Source of the DNA: Pyrodictium abyssi
Lineage (GTDB): Archaea; Thermoproteota; Thermoprotei_A; Sulfolobales; Pyrodictiaceae
Length of the DNA stretch: 32,000 bases
Direction: 5' to 3'
Assembly (NCBI RefSeq): GCF_036323395.1
Contig: NZ_AP028907.1
Location: 360,001 to 392,000, forward strand
The position numbers were made by a program, and so were the translations under genes. Below are positions 17,099-24,300 of this stretch, piece after piece (position 1 is the first letter of the stretch; every line of letters begins with the position of its first letter). Under the pieces are notes generated by a model. That model did no database searches, was not told the origin of the DNA, and was given only the letters and a program-made list of their open reading frames with translations.

Positions 17099-17144
17099 TT
17101 TCGGTTGTGGGATTCAAATAGTTCAACCATGGTAAAGGAGGGGT

Positions 17145-19040
17145 TTGAAAGCTTTGCCTACACGTGAAATGTTAATAGATCCTATCACACGCATTGAGGG
17201 CCACCTAGCTCTGCGCGTGACGGTTGACACTGATGCTAGGAAGCCGGTAAAGGACAGCGTCCGCAGCTTCGTTACCATGTTCCGTGGCTTCGAGGTATTC
17301 GACCTCGGGAGACCACCAGAGGACCTTCCGCATATAAATAGTCGTATATGTGGTGTATGTGGCGCAAGCCACGCAAACGCGAGCGTAATCGCGGTGGACA
17401 TGGCTTACGGCGTCTCGCCCTACCGTATGGGTGTCGCGCTCCGCAACATGGCCTTCGCCATGACCGACCACATATACGACCACACAATTATACTCAACAT
17501 GCTCGAAGGTCCCGACTTCAGCAGCGCCGTAGTCTCCTTCATGACTCCTTCGGTCTACGACCAGGCTAAGAAGACCCTGGCCGAGCACCGCGACATACAC
17601 GGCTTCACAACGATAGCGGAGATAATGGACGCCCTAACACCCATAACCGGCAAGCTCTGGCAGCTAGGAGCCAAGTTCCAGCGGTATGCACGCGAGGCGG
17701 GCGTACTCATATACGGTAGGCATAGCCACCCCTCCACACTCATACCCGGCGGAATATCCACTGATCTGAGCAACGCAGAGTACCTGGTCACCGGCTACAT
17801 TTTCCGCTTGACGAAGCTTACTGCGTGGGCAAAGTACATGTACGCTGCCTGGTACGACCTGCTAAAGTTCTACGAGGACCTAGGCTACGCAGAGAACGGT
17901 ATCAGCTACCACCCAGACCCAGCCAAGTCCACGGTCAGCGCCGTAGCCAGCAGCGGCGTATTCGACGACCCCGAGACCTACGAGAGTATAGGCGACTACG
18001 TAGAATGGGAAGAATTCTACCGGAAGATGGACGAGAACGCGGGCAAGAGAGTACTAAAGCCCGGCATAATACTCAGAGGCGAGCTCGTCACAACCAAGTA
18101 TAGTGAATACAATGCAAGCATACTAGAGCACGTCGAGCGCGCCTTCTTCAAGGACTGGAAGGACAAGGCCAAGGAGCTCCCATGGTACGGCGAGCTAGAG
18201 AAGAACGACTTCAAGGACCCGCTCGGGAACAAGCTGCTCTGGGGTAAGTACGACCCAGTATACCACCCATGGATAAAGGTGACGATACCGAACCCTGGAG
18301 CCAGGGACTGGGCCGGCAAGTACAGTTGGGTGACCCACGTACGCCTAGTATGGAAGGACGGCACCATAACCCCATTCGAGGTTGGCCCGTACGCGAGGCT
18401 CCTAGTAGCTAGCAAGCAGCCCGGCGGCGACCACCTAGGCCTATACAAGAGCACGGGTAACGGCGTCCTAAAGGTGACTCTACCACGCGCATGCACCGAC
18501 GAACTCCCTGCAAGCGTGTGCGAGGAAACGACCTTCGAGTGGAAGGTGCCAGAGTTCAGCTCCACGATATACAGGCTATGGGCCCGCGCGTTCAACATGC
18601 TAATCGACGTCGTAGAGGCTTGGAACCATGCCACAAAGGCCCTAGAATACGTGAGAGCCGGTACCGTGAAGACCAGTAGGCCGTGGAAGACGCCAAACAG
18701 GATAACATTCGGCGTAGGCCTAACCGAGGCGCCCCGCGGTACTGTAAGGCACTGGCTAGTACAGAAGGCCGGTAAGACACTCAACATACAGATACACGCG
18801 CCAACAACTGGTAACGTGAGCCCGCAGGACAAGTGGGGCTACAGCCCATTCGAGCAGAGCGTCATAAACACAGTAGTCACGGAGGAGACTAAGCCAGAGG
18901 AGTGGACAGGACTAGACTTCGTACGTTCTATAAGGAGCTTCGACCCATGCCTAGCGTGTGCAGCTCACATACAGTTCATGAAGGGCGAGAGACTAGTCAA
19001 GACCGTAAAGAAGGTAATAACAACGGCGCACTACCGCTAA
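17145..19040 (+). CDS. [NiFe]-hydrogenase large (catalytic) subunit, group 1/2-like, with cleavable C-terminal extension
   Basis: N-terminus: DPITRIEGH and RICGVCGASH (Cys69, Cys72). C-terminus: DPCLACAAH (Cys602, Cys605, His608) followed by 23 residues. 631 aa. In-frame start candidates are TTG 17145, TTG 17154 and ATG 17169. Confidence 0.9.
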   Translation: MKALPTREMLIDPITRIEGHLALRVTVDTDARKPVKDSVRSFVTMFRGFEVFDLGRPPEDLPHINSRICGVCGASHANASVIAVDMAYGVSPYRMGVALRNMAFAMTDHIYDHTIILNMLEGPDFSSAVVSFMTPSVYDQAKKTLAEHRDIHGFTTIAEIMDALTPITGKLWQLGAKFQRYAREAGVLIYGRHSHPSTLIPGGISTDLSNAEYLVTGYIFRLTKLTAWAKYMYAAWYDLLKFYEDLGYAENGISYHPDPAKSTVSAVASSGVFDDPETYESIGDYVEWEEFYRKMDENAGKRVLKPGIILRGELVTTKYSEYNASILEHVERAFFKDWKDKAKELPWYGELEKNDFKDPLGNKLLWGKYDPVYHPWIKVTIPNPGARDWAGKYSWVTHVRLVWKDGTITPFEVGPYARLLVASKQPGGDHLGLYKSTGNGVLKVTLPRACTDELPASVCEETTFEWKVPEFSSTIYRLWARAFNMLIDVVEAWNHATKALEYVRAGTVKTSRPWKTPNRITFGVGLTEAPRGTVRHWLVQKAGKTLNIQIHAPTTGNVSPQDKWGYSPFEQSVINTVVTEETKPEEWTGLDFVRSIRSFDPCLACAAHIQFMKGERLVKTVKKVITTAHYR

Positions 19041-19079
19041 GACACAGCCAAGCCCTCTACACCGAGGCTCTCGCCCATC

Positions 19080-19084
19080 TTTTT
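19080..19084 (+). terminator. Oligo-T tract (T5) about 40 nt after the hydrogenase stop codon
   Basis: catcTTTTTcacttcc. Archaeal terminators are typically short T-runs. No other T-run of 5 or more occurs before the next gene. Confidence 0.4.
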
Positions 19085-19169
19085 CACTTCCTTGGAAGTC
19101 ATAATCCTCCTCCCAGGCATGGTTCTTCCACGGCGAAATACGCTGCTCGTTAACCACTCACCTGCCTTC

Positions 19170-19175
19170 TTTATA
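19170..19175 (+). promoter_or_regulatory. TATA-like box (TTTATA) upstream of the 194-aa ORF
   Basis: ccttcTTTATAccc lies 50 nt upstream of the TTG at 19225 (GTG alternative at 19243). Confidence 0.4.
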
Positions 19176-19224
19176 CCCGGTGTAGCCTGGTGCAGAAAGA
19201 CTAAGGGGACGTAGGTGGACCCGG

Positions 19225-19809
19225 TTGCCACAGGGGCACAAAGTGAAGCAGCTTGCGGACTACGCGATGGTTGCGTTCATTGAGGCCATAAAGAGGGGGT
19301 TCCCCATCCACGCTAAGAAGTTTATGAGCGACATCATACTCGTGCGTAACAAGCACGGACGAGGAATTCTATACGTAAACCATGTCGATGTGGGTGATGG
19401 ATCCCGTTATGTTACTGTAGCTGCCGACAAGTATAGTATATGGGGTGTGCGTGTAGTAAGAGTACGGGACGGTGAAATAATAGAGGTCAATCCTCATCTA
19501 GTTCCTGACGCTGTAGGACAGCATATAGAGCTTGTATCAACGTTCGAAGCGGACGTCTGGAGTAAGAGGCTCAAACTCTTCGAATCAAGTAGTCCGGTAA
19601 ACGACGTGCCCGAGATACTGAGGCCCTTCAGGAAGGCTGGAGCAGAGATAAGGTACATCGAGGAGACGTTTGACTACGTGGTAGTGTTCAATGGTGTTGC
19701 ACCCGTCTGGTATAACAAGCTTACCGGGAAGATTGATGATTCTCGTGAGTGGCAGAAGGCGATGGGGCTTCTGCCAAAAGAGTTGGAAAGCATAGAAGTG
19801 AATGCATAG
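19225..19809 (+). CDS. Hypothetical protein (194 aa), Cys-free, no recognisable domain
   Basis: Clean ORF between the hydrogenase gene and the RHH regulator, with its own TATA-like box. G+C is lower than in neighbouring housekeeping genes. No motif I can assign. Confidence 0.6.
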   Translation: MPQGHKVKQLADYAMVAFIEAIKRGFPIHAKKFMSDIILVRNKHGRGILYVNHVDVGDGSRYVTVAADKYSIWGVRVVRVRDGEIIEVNPHLVPDAVGQHIELVSTFEADVWSKRLKLFESSSPVNDVPEILRPFRKAGAEIRYIEETFDYVVVFNGVAPVWYNKLTGKIDDSREWQKAMGLLPKELESIEVNA

Positions 19810-19810
19810 G

Positions 19811-20224
19811 CTATGCGTCCTCCATTGGTATTGGTAGGAGGGAGGCCTGCAAGCTTAGTACGCCACGTATCCTGGTGAAGAGCTTATACAGCTCCTTGAC
19901 CCTATTCCCGCTACCGTGGACGAGCATGACGTAGAGCATGTAGCCTGACGAGAGCCTTACCGCTATGACCGAGTCTACTATGTCGGGGTAGTCTCTCACC
20001 GCGCGGTGTATACTCGAGGCTATAGACTCGTTGTCCCCTGGCACAAGGAGCTGGAAAGTGCCGCCTACAGTACCACTATGGCTCCACCACCGGTTAAATG
20101 CGACGAACAGCTCTACAGCGTCTCGTATAACGCGGGATATACTGGTGTACCCCATGTTCTTGGATATCTCTACGAGTTGCCTGTACACGTTGTCCGGCAG
20201 TGCTACGCCGGTCTTTACGACCAT
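19811..20224 (-). CDS. Ribbon-helix-helix (CopG/NikR-like) transcriptional regulator with ACT-like C-terminal domain
   Basis: From the ATG at 20224: MVVKTGVALPDNVYRQLVEISKNMGYTSISRVIRDAVELFV is a typical RHH N-terminus. The C-terminal about 90 aa align by eye with the NikR regulatory domain. The ORF is open to a TTG at 20308, but that extension is not RHH-like. Confidence 0.7.
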   Translation of the reverse strand: MVVKTGVALPDNVYRQLVEISKNMGYTSISRVIRDAVELFVAFNRWWSHSGTVGGTFQLLVPGDNESIASSIHRAVRDYPDIVDSVIAVRLSSGYMLYVMLVHGSGNRVKELYKLFTRIRGVLSLQASLLPIPMEDA

Positions 20225-20366
20225 GCTACGGCCCCTGGCTACTCTAACCCCGGTCCGGCCATAAAAGCCAGCTATACATGGTATAGCGCTGTAGAAACTA
20301 GCCCTCAAGGTGCCCCGAACCCCCTGTAGGTAATCATTGGCCCTCTCATCTTGTTGATGTACTTGC

Positions 20367-20388
20367 TAGTAGTCGTGCTAGTCTACTA
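20367..20388. promoter_or_regulatory. Dyad TAGTAG-N10-CTACTA in the divergent region between the RHH regulator gene and the ABC operon (candidate operator)
   Basis: TAGTAG 20367-20372, 10-nt spacer, CTACTA 20383-20388. Arms and spacing are identical to 17022-17043. Confidence 0.5.
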
Positions 20389-20469
20389 TGTGGAGCTGAG
20401 AGTATAGCCGGTGATAACGCCTGAGGGGAATGAATAATTATGCTGTGTTGTTTTCCTTATGTGGCTATG

Positions 20470-20492
20470 GGGCGGTGAAGATGGATTATCGG
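20470..20492 (+). repeat. Right copy of the imperfect direct repeat (GGGCGGTGAAGATGGATTAtCGG)
   Basis: See 16665-16689. It lies 96 nt upstream of the ABC ATPase start. Confidence 0.45.
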
Positions 20493-20587
20493 GCCGATGC
20501 TAGGGCAGTGCGGAAAGTACCCTCTGACGGAGCCCCGCCTCTGGTCTGCTCTCCCGGCAGTGCTGCCCCCGGTGGGTAGAGGCTGTC

Positions 20588-21316
20588 TTGCCTAGCGGTA
20601 AGCCGGTGCTCGAGCTAGTCAACGTGAGCAAGGCGTATCGAGCCGGGGAGACAATCACATGGGGGCTCCGGGGACTGAGTCTACGGGTCCATCGCGGCGA
20701 GTTCATAGCCATAATGGGGCCTAGCGGTTCCGGCAAGACAACGCTCCTCAACATGGCGGGTCTCCTCGACCGGCCCACACGCGGCAAGATCTACATAGAT
20801 GGCTTTGACGTGTCGCGGCTCAGTGACCGGCAGCTAGCGCGGCTCCGGAACCGCTACATAGGCTTTGTCTTCCAACAGTTCAACCTTATCAACAGACTCA
20901 CAGTCCTCGAGAACATAGAGCTGCCGCTTATACCCAGGGGCGTCCCGAGGCGGGAGCGCCGCAGAAGAGCCGTGCGTGCACTCCTTAGCGTTGGGGGAGA
21001 CCCGTCTTGGCTGCCTAAGAAGCCCCTCCAGCTCAGCGGCGGCCAGCAGCAGCGCGTAGCCATAGCGCGCGCTATAGTGGGTGAGCCCCATATACTGCTA
21101 GCAGACGAGCCGACCGGGGCGCTCGACCGTAGGACTGCTAGACTCGTAGTCGAGACGTTCATAAGGCTCAACGAGCATGGACAGACAATACTAGTAGTGA
21201 CCCATGACCCTGAGGTTGCTAACTGCGCGCACAGGATATACCAGATACGCGACGGGCGCATAGCAGGTGTAGAGGAGCCCGACAATAGTAAATGCATACT
21301 AAACACTGTCATGTGA
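20588..21316 (+). CDS. ABC transporter ATP-binding protein, MacB/LolD/FtsE-like
   Basis: GPSGSGKTTLLN, FVFQQFNLI, LSGGQQQRVAIARA, ILLADEPTGALD, VVTHD. TTG start. The stop TGA (21314-21316) shares one base with the next ATG. Confidence 0.9.
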   Translation: MPSGKPVLELVNVSKAYRAGETITWGLRGLSLRVHRGEFIAIMGPSGSGKTTLLNMAGLLDRPTRGKIYIDGFDVSRLSDRQLARLRNRYIGFVFQQFNLINRLTVLENIELPLIPRGVPRRERRRRAVRALLSVGGDPSWLPKKPLQLSGGQQQRVAIARAIVGEPHILLADEPTGALDRRTARLVVETFIRLNEHGQTILVVTHDPEVANCAHRIYQIRDGRIAGVEEPDNSKCILNTVM

Positions 21317-24300
21317 TGACCGGCTCTGCTACGCCGCTACCCCGTCTTTATACGGCCAGTACTAGCATCCAGGACTCGGAGACGGCGAGTTGGGGGTGGA
21401 GGAAGATACGCTTCCTCACGCTACTGGCACTGGCAACAATACTCGTAGCGATACCCTCTGCGGAACTCGCCTTGGCGGGGGCTAAGCCGCCCCCGCAGGC
21501 CCTACTCCTCATCACGAGCTTCACTGGCCCTCAGGGCACGCCCCCATTCCCCGGCGAGAACGGGACACTTAGGATAGAGTGGCTCTACCAGGGATTCTTC
21601 GTGGCCGACAGGGTATACGCTGTGGTAGAGCTCCCCGAAGGATTCAGCCCCAACCGCTTCTCAGCCCTGCTAGGCGCAGCGGCTCCAGGCGACGTCCTGG
21701 TTCTTGAAAGGCTCGTTACAGTCTCGGAGAACCTGCCTCCCTCCACGTATACGGGTAGAGCCACCCTCTACATACTGGTCGGGAACAGCCTCTACATCTA
21801 CAACTACACGATAGAGCTAGAGGTGGCTAAATGCCCTGCCGGGCTATCGTTTAGGACGCAGCTTACGCCGTTCAGCTACCCTGGCTCAAACAACGTGAAG
21901 CTCGAGATAACGATGGAAAACAACGGGCCGGGCGAGATTAGGAACGCTTCTCTATCCCTTCTGCTCCCCGAAGGCTGGCTACCCGAGGACAACATAACCT
22001 GGACAATCGACCTACTCGGGGCCAACGAGTCCAATACGCACACGGTGACCGGGGTATACTTGCCTCCATGGCTCGAGCCGGGCGTCTACGATGCTAGCCT
22101 CTCTCTGAGCTACTACTGCGTAGTTGACAACTCCACCAGATACTTCAACTACACCATGATGGTGCCCATAAGGGTGGACCCGCCTAAGCCCCTACACGTC
22201 GAGCCCCTAGTGCTCGGCTGGAGAAAGGGAGTAGCCTACCCCGGCGAGGTATCCGCGCCCCTAGACATAGTCCTGGTGAACCAGGAGCCATACACGATAG
22301 TGGGGCTGGAAGCAGTACTGGCGCTGCCAGAAGGTATGAGAGTAGCCGGGACGGAGAGCAGCGTGTACAGAGTAGTCTATGATAACCTCGCGGCGGGGTA
22401 CGGCGACTCTGTCTCCATGAATCTCCGGGTGGACGTGGACAGCAGCCTGGCGCCAGGGCTCTACAACGCAAGCCTGCAGCTAAAGTTTATAGTTAACTTG
22501 CAGGGCGCCACTACGGTGCTCCCGCTAAACCTCTCCATAGGGCTGCCAGTAGCCGGGCCAGAGCAGCTAGGCGTCCGCACAGTCTACGCGGGCTGGGCAG
22601 ACGGCTATGCATACCCCGGTGAGGTGTCAGCTCCTCTCCGCATAGCGGTACAGAGCCTAGAAGACGCGACAGTCACAGCTGCTACGCTTACACTAGAGCT
22701 GCCCGTAGGCATAGCCTCCCGCGGGCAGAATACCGTAACCATAGCGCTTGACGGCCTGGCAGCCCGCTACGGCGACATGATAGAGTTCACGACGCAGCTA
22801 GACATAGCTGGCACGCTCAAACCCGGCTCATACACGGCAAACGCTACCATAGTATTCATACTAGCGGATGAGGACGGGAACAAGAGGGTAAAGTACACGA
22901 GGCTCCCCGTGAGGCTCGACGTAGACCCTCCGCACGCGGAGAACATAACAATACTTTCTAGTAGATGGTCCACATGGATAACGGGAAGCGAGGCATACAC
23001 GGCCACGGTAGCGGTTGACATAAGCTATTGGGGCCGGGGCAGAGTACGCTACATAGTAGCTGAGGTAGAACCGCTGCAGGGGGCAACTCTACGCGCGGGT
23101 ACACGCAGCGTGACAGTGGTTGAGCGGGTAGACCTAGGGCCCGGCGACATAGCGTCGCTGCAAATACCGGGCATAAGAGTGAGTAGTAATACAAGCCAAG
23201 TAGCCCTGGCACTGAGGGTCACAGCAGTAGTCACGTCCCCCGGAGGCGGCGTATACAACGTAACAGCCACGAGGACCATAACGCTGAAGCCACTCCTCGA
23301 ACAGCCCCTAGGGCTAGGATACGTAGAGGTATCAACGGCACACCTCGTCCCATCCTCTAGCAGCGTCGAGATCACAGTTGGCATAGTGAACACGGCGCCC
23401 GAGCCGATAACGATACTCTCCGCTGAGCCAGGCAACACCCCGGGAATACATGCATGGCTGACCGGGGGCGACTGCCTCACAGCCGGAGCCGAACCGGGGA
23501 GCAGCTGCTCGATCAGACTAGCAGTAAACGTGTCTAGAACAGCCAGGCCCGGAGTCTACACAATACCAATAGACATCTGGTATAGCTACCGTGGCGCCGC
23601 GGGGACAGTTGTGACAGGCCGCCAGACCATACACGTGCCACTAGCCGTAGAGCCCGTAGAAGCCTATGCGCCCAGGCTCACCCTGGCCAGAGCCTTCTGG
23701 GCCACAGCACCCGGGGCAAACCCTATACACGTCTATCCCGGTACCGATGCTGCGCCATTACAGCTCGAGGTATACAACCCAGGGCGCTACCCGGTATCCG
23801 GCGTCATAGCCCGGATAAGGCCCCTGGATAGCGGTGTCGAGGTGGTGAGACAGCCACAGCCGTGCAGCAGCATAGCGCCGGGCTCCTCGTGCACGGTTAC
23901 AGCATACCTAAGGATAGCCCCGGACACTGCTCCGGGGCTCTATAAAGTGGCGGTGGAAATAAGCTACATATTCACGCAGTTCAATGCCCACGCTGCGGTG
24001 AGCATAACCGAGGAAGCGGTCCTAGAGATAGACGACCCCGACGAGGCCATATACGTGGTTGATATGTCGTGGGCGTCAACGCCTAAGCCCGGCACGCGTA
24101 CAGCCCTCCTCATAGCGCGGGTCTACCCGGACCCGTCGCGCGCTTCACGCATCCATTCAGTAGTGCTAGAGCTGCCTCCGGGGCTCTTTAACCCTCAAAA
24201 CGGCGGTAGCAGGATAGTAGCGGTGCCTCAGAATAGCCTCCAATACCCACCGCAGCCTGCAGCAGAGCAGCAGGGTATAACAGCACTACTAAGTGAGGTC

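Noticed and set aside
19225-19809. Idea that the 194-aa ORF could be the missing hydrogenase small subunit or the maturation endopeptidase
   Set aside because: It contains no cysteine at all, whereas small subunits need about 10-12 Cys for Fe-S clusters. It also lacks the N-terminal GxGN/acidic-ligand pattern of HybD/HycI-type proteases.
20428-20530. Possible sRNA in the RHH/ABC divergent region (GTGATAA ... CTGA; GTGAAGA ... CTGA box-like words)
   Set aside because: The C-box-like words are imperfect, and the spacings do not give 10-12-nt guides. The region is better explained as divergent promoter/operator DNA.
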